Of a stretch of 64,000 nt of DNA, positions 43,201 to 55,000 are shown in pieces. Position numbers and translations under genes: made by a program. The stretch lies in NCBI RefSeq assembly GCF_009914755.1, contig NC_060940.1. One strand, 5' to 3'. Positions within the stretch are counted from its first letter, which is position 1. Every line of letters begins with the position of its first letter. The notes under the pieces were generated by a model. That model was not told the origin of the DNA. It saw only the letters and a program-made list of their open reading frames with translations, and made no database searches. The DNA is from the human T2T-CHM13v2.0 reference genome, Homo sapiens.

Positions 43201-46200
43201 CACAATAGGCCTGAAAGCGCTCCAAATATCCACTTGCAGGTTTTACAAAAAGAGTGTTTCAGAAATGCTCTATCAAAAGAAAGGTTCCCCTCTGTGAGTT
43301 GAATGCACACATCATAAAGAAATTTCTGAGAATGCTTCTGTCTAGTTTTTATGTGAAGATATTTCATTTTCCAACATAGGCTTCAAAGGGAAGAAAATAT
43401 GCACTTGTAGATTCTACAAAAAGAGTGTTTCAAAACTACTCTACCAAAAGAAAAGTTCACCTCTGTGAATTGAATGCACACATCACAAAGAAGTTTCTGA
43501 GAATGCGTCCGTCTAGTTTTTATGTGAAGATATTTCGTTTTCTAATATGGGCCTCAAAGCGATCAAAATATCGACTTGCAGATTCTACAGAAAGAGTGTT
43601 TCAAAACTGCTCTATCAAAAGAAAGGTTCAACTCTGTGAGTTGAATGCACACATCACAAAGAAATTTCGGAGAATGCTTCTGTCTAGTTTTTGTGAAGAT
43701 ATTCCTTTATCCAAAATAAGCCACAAAGGGAACAAAATATCCACTTGCAGATTCTGCCAAAAGAGTGTTTCAAATCTCCTCCATCAAAAGAAAAGTTCAA
43801 TCCTGTGAGAATAATGCACACGTCACAAAGAAGTTTTGGAGAATGCTTCTGTCTGGTTTTTATGGGAAGATATTTCCTTTTCCACCATAGACCTCAAAGC
43901 TTTCCAAATATCCACTTGCAGATTCTACAAAAAGAGAGTTTCAAACTTGCTCTATCAAAAGAAAAGTTCAACTTTGTGAGTTGAATGCACACATCACAAA
44001 GTAGTTTCTGAGAAAGCTCCCGTCTAGTATTTATGTGAAGATAGTTCGATTTCCAACACAGGCCTCAAAGCACTCCAAATATCCACTTGCAGACTCTACA
44101 AAAAGAGTGTTTCAAAACTGCTCTATCAAAAGAAGGTTCAACTCTGTGATTGGAATGCACACATCACAACGAAGTTTCTGAGAATGCTTCTGTCTAGTTT
44201 TTATATGAAGATATTTCGTTTTCCAACATAGACCTCAAGGGAATCACATATCCACTTGCAGACACTACCAAAAGAGCGTTTCAAAATTCCTCTATGAAAA
44301 GAAAGTTCAACACTGTGCGTTGAAAGCACACATCACAAAGAAGTCTCTGAGAATGCTTCTGTCTAGTTTTTGGAGAAGATATTTCGTTTTCCAACATAGG
44401 CCTCAAAGGGAACCACATATGCACTTGCAGATTCTACAAAAAGAGTATTTCAAAACCTGCTCTATCAAAAGAAGTGTACAACTCTGTCAGTTGAATGCAC
44501 ACATCACAATGAAGTTTCTGAGAATGCTTCTATCTCGTTTTTATGTGAAGATTTTTCTTTTCCACCACAGGCCTCATAGCTGTAAAAGTATCCACTTGCA
44601 GATTCTACAAAAAGAGTGTTTCAAATCTGCTCTATCAAAAGAAGGTTCAACTCTGTGAGTTGAATGCACACATCACAACGAAGTTTCTGAGAATGCTTCT
44701 GTTTATTTCTTATGCAAAGATATTTCGTGTTCCAACATATGCCTCAAAGGGAACCGCATATCCCCCTACAGATTCTTCAAAAAGAGTGTTTCAAATCTGC
44801 TCTATAAAAAGAAGTGTACATCTCTGTGAGTTGAATGCACGTATCACGAAGAAGTTTCTGAGAGTGCTTCCGTTTATTTCTTATGCAAAGATATTGCGTG
44901 TTCCAACATATGCCTCAAAGGGAACCGCATATCCACCTACAGATTCTTCAAAAAGAGTGTTTCAAATCTGCTCTATAAAAAGAAGTGTACATCTCTCTGA
45001 GTTGAATACACATATCACAAAGAAGTTTCTGAGAGTGCTCCTGTTAATTTGTTGCATTAACTTATTTCCTTCTCCACCACAGACCTCAAAGTGGTCCATA
45101 TATTCACTGGCAGATATTACAAAATTAGGGTTTGAAATCTGCTCTATCAAAAGAAAGGTTCAACTCTGTGAGTAGAATGCACACATCACTAAGTAGTTTC
45201 AGAGAATGCTTCTGTCTAGTTTTTATATGCAGCTATTTCCTTTTGCAACATTCGCCTGAAAGTGCTCTAAATATCTGTTTGCAGATTCTACAAAAAGAGT
45301 GTTTCAAATTGCTCGGTCAAAAGAAAGGTTCAACTCTGTGAGTTGAATGCGCACATCACAAAGGAGTTTTTGAGAATGCTTCTGTCTAATTTTCATGTGA
45401 AGATACTTAGTTTTCCACCATAGGCCTCAAAGGGATACAAATATCTTCTTGCAGATTCAACAAATAGAGTGTTTAAAAACTGCTCTATCGAAAGAAAGGA
45501 TCAACTCGGTAAGTTGAATGCAAACATCACAAAGAAGTTTCCGAGGGTGCTTCTGGCTAGTTTTAATGTTTAGTTATTTCCTTTTCCAGCATAAGTCTCA
45601 AAACGATCCAAATGTCCACTTGAAGAATCTACAAAAAGAGTGTTTCCAACTGCTCTGTCAATAGAAAGCTTCAACTCTCTGAGTTGAATGCACACATCAC
45701 AAAGGTGTTTCTGAGAATTCTTCTGTCTAGTTTTTATGTGAAGACATTTCGTTTTCCAACACAGGCCTCAAAGGGAACAAAGCATTCACTTGCAGATTCT
45801 ACAAAACCAGTGTTTCACAGCTGCTCTATCAAAAGAAACGTTTTATACTGTGACTTGAGTGCACACATCACAAAGAAGTTTCTGAGAATGCTTCTGTCTA
45901 GTTTTTATGTGAGGATATTTCGTTTTCCACCATAAGCCTCAAAGCGCTCCAAATATCCACTTTCAGATTCTACAAAAAGAGTGTTTCCAAACTGTTCTAT
46001 CAAAAGAAATGCTCAACTCTGTGAGTGTAATAGACACAACAAAAAACAGTTTCGGAGAATGCTTCTGTTTAGTTTTTATGTGAAGATATTTCATTTTCCA
46101 ACACTGACCTCAGAGGGAACAAAATATCCACTTGCGAATTATACAAAAACAGTGTTTCACAACTGTTCTACCATAAGAAAAGTTCAACTCTGTGATTCGA

Positions 46201-49200
46201 ATGCACACATCACAAAGAAGTTTCTTAGAATGCTTCTGTCTATTTTTTATGTGAAGATATTTCCTTTCCCAACATAGACCTCAATGGGAACAAAATATCC
46301 ATTGGTAGTTTCTAAAAAAAGAGTGTTTCAAAACTGCACTATCAAAAGAAAGGTTTAAATCTGCGAGTTGAATGCCCACATCAGAAAGATGTTTCTGAGA
46401 ATGCTTCTGTCTAGTTTTTGTGTGAAGATATTTCCTTTTCAACCATAGGCCTCAAAGCACTGCCAATGTCCGCTTGCAGATTCTACCAAAACAGTGTTTC
46501 AAAACGGCTCTATCAAAAGAGAGCTTCAACTCTGTGAGTTGAATGCACGTATCACAAAGAATTTTCTGAGAGTGCTTCCATGCAGTTTTAAAATGAAGAT
46601 ATTTCCTCTTCCACCATAGGCCTCAAAGCGCTTCAAATATCCATTTGCAGATTGCACAAAAAGCGTGTTTCATAACTGCGCAAACAAGGAAAGTTTCAAC
46701 TCTGTGAGTTGAATGCACACTTCACAAAGAAGTTTCTGAGAATGCTTCTATCGAGTTTTTATGTAAAGATATTTCGTTTTCCAACAGAGACCTCAAAGGG
46801 AAACAAATATCCACTTGAAGATTCTTCAAAAGGAGTGTAACAAATCTGCTCTCTGAAATGAAAGGTTCAACTCTGTGAGTTGAATGCACACATCACAAAG
46901 AAGTTTCTGAGAATGAATCTGTCTAGTTTTTATGTGTAGATATTTCCTTTTCCACGATAGGCTTCAAAGCGCTCAAAATGTCCACATGCAGATTCTGCAA
47001 AAGGAGTGTTTCAAAACTGCTCTATCAAAAGAAAGGTTCAACGCTGTGAGGTGAATGCACACATCAAAATGAAGTTTCTGAGAATACTTCTGTCTATTTC
47101 TTATGTAAAGATATTTCATTTTTCAACATATGCCTCAAAGGGAACTGCATATCCACCTATAGATCCTTCAAAAAGAGTATTTCAAATCTACTCTATCTAA
47201 AGAAGTGTACATCTCTGTGAGTTGAATGCACACATCTCAAAGAAGTTTCTGAGAATGCTTCATTCTACTTTTTACCTGAAAATATTTCTTTTTCCACCAT
47301 AGGCCTCAAAGCGCTCCATATATCCACTTGCAGATTTTAAAAAACGAGAGTTTTCAAACTGCTCTATCAAAAAAAGCGTTCAACACTGTGAGTTGAATGC
47401 ACAGATCACAAAGAAGTCTCAGAAAAATGTTGTCTAGTTTTTATGTGAAGATATATCCTTTTCCACCGTAGGCCTCAAAGCCCTCAAATATCCCCTGCAA
47501 ATTCTACAAAAAGACTGTTTCAAAACTGCGCTATCAAAAGAAAGGTTCAACCCTGTGAGTTCCATGCACAAATCACGAAGTAGTTTCTGAGAATGATTCT
47601 GTCTAATTTTTATTGGAACATATTTCCTTTTGCACCAAAGACCTCAAAGCACTCCAAATATCCACTTGCAGATACTACAGAAATAATGTTTCAAAACTGC
47701 ACTATCAAAAGAAAGGTTCAACTCCGTGACTTGAATGCACACATCACAAAGAATTCTCTGAGAATGCTTCTGTCTAGTTTTGATGTGAAGATATTTCGCT
47801 TTCCAACATAGGCCTCAACGGGAACAAAATAGCCACTTGCAGTTTCTACAAAAAGAGGGTTTCAAAACCCCGCTCTCTCAGAAGAAATGTTTAATTCTGT
47901 GAGTTGAATGCACGGATCACAAAGAAATTTCTGAGAATGCTTCTGTCTAGCTTTTATGTCAAGATATTGCTTTTTCCACAATAGGCCTGAAAGCGCTCCA
48001 AATATCCACTTGCAGGTTTTACAAAAAGAGTGTTTCAGAAATGCTCTATCAAAAGAAAGGTTCCCCTCTGTGAGTTGAATGCACACATCATAAAGAAATT
48101 TCTGAGAATGCTTCTGTCTAGTTTTTATGTGAAGATATTTCATTTTCCAACATAGGCTTCAAAGGGAAGAAAATATGCACTTGTAGATTCTACAAAAAGA
48201 GTGTTTCAAAACTACTCTACCAAAAGAAAAGTTCACCTCTGTGAATTGAATGCACACATCACAAAGAAGTTTCTGAGAATGCGTCCGTCTAGTTTTTATG
48301 TGAAGATATTTCGTTTTCTAATATGGGCCTCAAAGCGATCAAAATATCGACTTGCAGATTCTACAGAAAGAGTGTTTCAAAACTGCTCTATCAAAAGAAA
48401 GGTTCAACTCTGTGAGTTGAATGCACACATCACAAAGAAATTTCGGAGAATGCTTCTGTCTAGTTTTTGTGAAGATATTCCTTTATCCAAAATAAGCCAC
48501 AAAGGGAACAAAATATCCACTTGCAGATTCTGCCAAAAGAGTGTTTCAAATCTCCTCCATCAAAAGAAAAGTTCAATCCTGTGAGAATAATGCACACGTC
48601 ACAAAGAAGTTTTGGAGAATGCTTCTGTCTGGTTTTTATGGGAAGATATTTCCTTTTCCACCATAGACCTCAAAGCTTTCCAAATATCCACTTGCAGATT
48701 CTACAAAAAGAGAGTTTCAAACTTGCTCTATCAAAAGAAAAGTTCAACTTTGTGAGTTGAATGCACACATCACAAAGTAGTTTCTGAGAAAGCTCCCGTC
48801 TAGTATTTATGTGAAGATAGTTCGATTTCCAACACAGGCCTCAAAGCACTCCAAATATCCACTTGCAGACTCTACAAAAAGAGTGTTTCAAAACTGCTCT
48901 ATCAAAAGAAGGTTCAACTCTGTGATTGGAATGCACACATCACAACGAAGTTTCTGAGAATGCTTCTGTCTAGTTTTTATATGAAGATATTTCGTTTTCC
49001 AACATAGACCTCAAGGGAATCACATATCCATTTGCAGATACTACCAAAAGAGCGTTTCAAAATTCCTCTACGAAAAGAAAGTTCAACACTGTGAGTTGAA
49101 TGCACACATCGCAAAGAAGTCTCTGAGAATGCTTCTGTCTAGTTTTTGGAGAAGATATTTCGTTTTCCAACATAGGCCTCAAAGGGAACCACATATGCAC

Positions 49201-52030
49201 TTGCAGATTCTACAAAAAGAGTATTTCAAAACCTGCTCTATCAAAAGAAGTGTACAACTCTGTCAGTTGAATGCGCACATCACAATGAAGTTTCTGAGAA
49301 TGCTTCTATCTCGTTTTAATGTGAAGATTTTTGTTTTCCACCACAGGCCTCATAGCCGAAAAATTATCCACTTGCAGATTCTACAAAAAGAGTGTTTCAA
49401 AACTGCTCTATCAAAAGAAGGTTCAACTCTGTGAGTTGAATGCACACATCACAACGAAGTTTCTGAGAATGCTTCTGTTTATTTCTTATGCAAAGATATT
49501 TCGTGTTCCAACATATGCCTCAAAGGGAACCGCATATCCACCTACAGATTCTTCAAAAAGAGTGTTTCAAATCTGCTCTGTAAAAAGAAGTGTACATCTC
49601 TGTGAGTTGAATACACATATCACGAAGAAGTTTCTGAGAGTGCTCCTGTTAATTTTTTACATGAACTTATTTCCTTTTCCACCACAGACCTCAAAGCGGT
49701 CCATATATTCACTGGCAGATATTACAAAAATAGGGTTTGACAACAGCTCTATCAAAAGAAAGGTTCAACTCTGTGAGTAGAATGCACACATCACTAAGTA
49801 GTTTCAGAGAATGCTTCTGTCTCGTTTTTATATGCAGCTATTTCCTTTTCCAACGTTCGCCTGAAAGTGCTCCAAATATCTGTTTGCAGATTCTACAAAA
49901 AGAGTGTTTCAAATTGCTCGGTCAAAAGAAAGGTTCAGCTCTGTGAGTTGAATGCGCACATCACAAAGGAGTTTCTGAGAATGCTTCTGTCTAGTTTTCA
50001 TGTGAAGATACTTAGTTTTCCACCATAGGCCTCAAACGGATACAAATATCTACTTGCAGATTCTACAAATACAGTGTTTCAAAACTGCTCTATCGAAAGA
50101 AAGGATCAACTAGGTAAGTTGAATGCAAACATCACAAAGAAGTTTCCGAGAGTGCTTCTGGCTAGTTTTAATGTTCAGTTATTTCCTTTTCCACCGTAAG
50201 TCTCAAAACGCTCCAAATGTCCACTTGCAGAATCTACAAAAAGAGTGTTTCAAACTGCTCTGTCAATAGAAAGGTTCAACTCTGTGAGTTGAATGCACAC
50301 ATCACAAAGATGTTTCTGAGAATTCTTCTGTCTATTTTCTATGTGAAGACATTCCGTTTTCCAACACAGGCCTCAAAGGGAACAAAGTATCCACTTGCAG
50401 ATTCTACAAAACCAGTGTTTCACAACTGCTCTATCAAAAGAAAGGATCAATTCGGTAAGTTGAATGCAAACATCACAGAGAAGTTTCCGAGAGGGCTTCT
50501 GTCTAGTTTTAATGTTTAGTTATTTCCTTTTCCACCATAAGCCTCAAAACGCTCCAAATGTCCACTTGCAGATTCTACAAAAAGAGTGTTTCAAACTGTT
50601 CTATCAATAGAGAGTTTCAATTCCGTGAGTTGATTGCACACATCACAAAGATGTTTTTGAGAATTCTTCTGTCTAGTTTTTATGTGAAGACATTTCGTTT
50701 TCCAACACAGGCCTCAAAGGGAGCAAAATATCCACTTACATAGTCTACAAAACGAGTGTTTCACAGCTGCTCTATCAAAAGAAACGTTTTACACTGTGAC
50801 TTGAGTGCACACATCACAAAGAAGTTTCTGAGAATGCTTCTGTCTAGTTTTTATGTGAAGATATTTCGTTTTCCACCATAAGCCTCAAAGCGCTCCAAAT
50901 ATCCACTTTCAGATTCTACAAAAAGAGTGTTTCCAAACTGTTCTACCTAAAGAAATGCTCAACTCTGTGAGTGTAATAGACACAACAAAAAACAGTTTCG
51001 GAGAATGCTTCTGTTTAGTTTTTATGTGAAGATATTTCCTCTCCCACCAGAGGTCTCAAAGCGCACGAAATATCCACTTGCAGATTCTACAAAAAGACTG
51101 TTTCAAAACTGCTCTACAAAAGAAAGGTTCAACTCTGTGAGTTGAAGGCACACATCACAAATAAGTTTTTGAGAATGCTTCTGTCTAGTTTTTCTGTGAA
51201 GATATTTCATTTTCCAACACTGACCTCAGAGGGAACAAAATATCCACTTGCGAATTATACAAAAAGAGTGTTTCACAACTGTTCTATCATAAGAAAAGTT
51301 CAACTCTGTGATTCGAATGCACACATCACAAAGAAGTTTCTTAGAATGCTTCTGTCTATTTTTTATGTGAAGATATTTCCTTTCCCAACATAGACCTCAA
51401 CGGGAACAAAATATCCATTGGTAGTTTCTAAAAAAAGAGTGTTTCAAAACTGCTCTATCAAAAGAAAGGTTTAAATCTGCGAGTTGAATGCCCACATCCG
51501 AAAGATGTTTCTGAGAATGCTTCTGTCTAGTTTTTGTGTGAAGATATTTCCTTTTCAACCATAGGCCTCAAAGCACTGCCAATGTCCGCTTGCAGATTCT
51601 ACAAAAACAGTGTTTCAAAACGGCTCTATCAAAAGAGAGCTTCAACTCTGTGAGTTGAATGCACGTATCACAAAGTATTTTCTGAGAGTGCTTCCATGCA
51701 GTTTTAAAATGAAGATATTTCCTCTTCCACCATAGGCCTCAAAGCGCTTCAAATATCCATTTGCAGATTGCACAAAAAGCGTGTTTCATAACTGCGCAAA
51801 CAAGGAAAGTTTCAACTCTGTGAGTTGAATGCACACTTCACAAAGAAGTTTCTGAGAATGCTTCTATCGAGTTTTTATGTAAAGATATTTCGTTTTCCAA
51901 CAGAGGCCTCAAAGGGAAACAGATATCCACTTGAAGATTCTTCAAAAGGAGTGTTACAAATCTGCTCTCTGAAATGAAAGGTTCAACTCTGTGAGTTGAA
52001 TGCACACATCACATAGAAGTTTCTGAGAAT
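28210..52030 (-). repeat. Low-copy alpha satellite HOR block, ~4.9 units (one 30-mer, three 28-mers, one partial hybrid unit), class X monomers
   Basis: Unique marker sequences and ORF translations recur at 28418, 33534, 38310, 43086 and 47862 (spacings 5116, 4776, 4776, 4776). Flank pair 30773/50217 is offset by 19444 = 5116 + 3x4776. Confidence 0.95.
33077..49030 (-). repeat. Homogeneous core of the HOR: 4776-bp 28-mer, ~3.3 copies, near-identical
   Basis: Exact 4776 offset for all ORF families (e.g. 33873/38649/43425/48201; 36132/40908/45684). Only four variant sites noticed by eye. No CENP-B box seen. Confidence 0.96.
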
Positions 52031-55000
52031 GCTTCTGTCTTGTTTTAATGTGAAGATGTTTCCTTTTCCAACATTCGCCTCAAAGTGAACCAAATATCCA
52101 CTTGCAGACTCTACAAAAAGAGTGTTTCAAAATTGCTCTATCAATAGAAATCTTCAACTCTGTGAGGTGAATGCACACATTATGAAGAATTTCATGAGAA
52201 TGATTCTGTCTAGTTTTTATGTGAAGATATTTCATTTTCCAACACAGGCCTCAAAGGGAACCGAATATTCAATTGCAGATTCTACAAAAAGATTGTTTCA
52301 CAGATGCCCTATCAAAAGAAAGGTTGAACTCTGTGAATTGAATGCACACATCACAAAGAATTTCATGAGAATGCTTCTGTCTAGTTTTTACGTGAAGATA
52401 TTTCCTTTAAACCAGAGGCCTCAAAGTGCTCCAAATATCCACTTGCAGATACTACGAAAAGGGTGTTTCAAAACTGCTCTATCAAAAGAAAGGTTGAACT
52501 CTGTGAGTTGAAAGCACACATCACCAAGCAGTTTCGGAGAATACTTCTGTCCAGTTTTTATGAGAAGATATTTCCTTTTTCACCTGGGCCTCAATGCACT
52601 CCAAATATCCACTTGCCGATTCTAAAAAAGAGTGTTTCAAAACTTCTCTATCAAAAGAAATGTTCAAGTCTGGGAGTTGAATGCACACAACTCAAAGAAG
52701 TTTCTGAGAATGCTTCTGTCTAGTTTTTATGTGGGGATATTCCCTTTTCAATCATAGGCTTCAAAGTGCTCCAAATATTCACTTGCAGATTTTAAATAAG
52801 AGTGTTTCAAAACTGCTCTATCAAAAAAAAATTTGAACCCTGAGAGTTGAATGCACACATTCCAAAGAAGTTTCTGAGAATGCTTCTATCTAGTTCTTAT
52901 GTGAAGATATTTGCTTTTCCACCATAGGCCTGAAATGGAACCAAATATCCAGTTGCAGATTCTACAAAAAGAGTGTTTCAAAACTAGTCAATCAAAAGAA
53001 GGGTTCAACCCTGTGGGATGAATGCTCCCATCACAAAGAAGATTCTGAGAATGCTTCTGTCTAGTTTCCATGTGAATTTATTTCAATTTCCAACATAGGC
53101 CTCTAAGGGAACAAAATATCCTCTAGCAGATTCTACAAAAACAGTATTTGAAAACTGCTATATCAAAAGAAAGTTTCAACCCTGTGAGTTGAATGCATAC
53201 ATCAATAAGAAGTTTTGGAGAATTCTTCTGTCTAGTTTTTATGTGAAAATATTTCCTTTTCCACTATAGGCCTCAAAGCGTTCCAAATATCCACTTCTAG
53301 ATTCCACAAAAAGAGTGTTTAAAAACTGCTTTATGAAAAGAAATGTTCAACTCTGTGAGTGGAATGCACACATCGCCAAGAAGTTTTGCAGAAGGCTTCT
53401 GTCTAGTTTTTATGTGTGAATATTTCGTTTTCCAACATAAGCCTCAAAGGGAACAAAATATCCACTTGCAGATTCTACAAAAAGAGTGTTTCAAAGCGGC
53501 TCCATCAAGAGAAAGATTCAACTCTGTAAGTTGAATGTGCACATCACAAAGAGGTTTCAGAGAATGATTCTGTCTAGTTTTTATGTGAAGGTACTTTCAT
53601 TTCCACCATAGGCCTCAAACGCCCCAAATATCCACTTGCAGATCCTACAAAAAGAGTGTTTCAAAACGGCTCTATCAAAAGAAATGTTCAACTCTGTGAG
53701 TTGAATCCACACATCACAAAGGAGTTTCTGAGAAAGCTTCTCTCTAGTTTTTATGTGAAGATATTTAGTTTTCCATCGTAGGCCTCAAAAGGAACAAAAT
53801 ATCCACTTGCAGATGCTACAAAAAGAGTGTTTCTAAACTGTTCTTTCAAAAGAAAGTTTCAACTCTGTGAGTTGAATGCACACATCACATAGACGTTTCA
53901 GAGAATGATTCTGTTTTGTTTTTATGTGAAGATAATTTCTTTTCCACCATAGGCCTCAAAGTGCTCCAAATATCCACTTCCAGATCCTACAAAAAGAGTG
54001 TTTCAAAACTGCTCAATCAAAAGAAAGGTTCACCTCCGTGAGTTGAATGCACACATCACAAAGAAGTTTCTTAGAATGCTTCTGTGTAGTTTTTATGTGA
54101 AGATATTTCATTTTCAAATGTAGGCCTCAAAGGGAACAAAATATCCATTTACAGATTCTACAAATGAGTGTTTCAAAACCGCTCTATCAAAAGAAAGGTG
54201 CAACTCTGTGATTTGAGTGCACACGTCACAAACTCTTTCAGAGAATGTTTCTGTCTAGTTTTTATCTGAAGATATTTCCTTTTCCACCCTAGGCCTCAAA
54301 ACGCTCCAAATATCCACTTGCAGATTCTGTAATAAGAGTGTTTCAAAACTGCTCTATCAAAAAAAGTTTCAGCTCCATGAGTTGAATACACACATCCCAA
54401 GGAAGTTTCTGAGAATGTTTCTGTCTAGTTTTTGTGTGAATATATTTCCTGTTCCAACATACACCTCAAAGGGAACCAAATATCCACCTGCAGATTCTAC
54501 AAAAAGAGTGTTTCAAAATTGCTCTATCAAAAGAAAGGTTCAACTCTGTGAGTTGAATGCTCACATCACAAAGAGTTTCATGAGAATGCTTCTGTCTAGT
54601 TTTTATGTGAAGATATTTCCTTTAAACCATAGGCCTCAAAGTGCTCCAAATATCCACTTGCAGATTCTACCAAAAGAGCGTTTCAAAATTGCTCAGTGAA
54701 AAGAAAGGTTCAATTTTGTGAGTTGAGTGCACACTTCACCAAGCAGTTTCAGAGAATACTTCTGTCTAGATTTTATGTGAAGTTATTTTCTTTTGCACCA
54801 TAGGCCTCAATGCACTCCAAATATCAACTTGCAGATTCTAAAGAAGTGTGTTTCAAAACTGCTCTATCAAAGGAATTGTTCAACTCTGTGAGTTGAATGC
54901 ACACAACTCAAAGAAGTTTCTGAGAATGCTTCTGTCTAGTTTTTATGTGGGGATATTCCCTTTTCCATCATAAGCTTCAAAGTGCTCCAAATATCCACTT

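Noticed and set aside
28210-52030. Repeated ORF 'cassette' resembling a tandem gene cluster or CRISPR-like array
   Set aside because: It is HOR periodicity of alpha satellite, with no unique spacers, cas-like genes or prokaryotic features.
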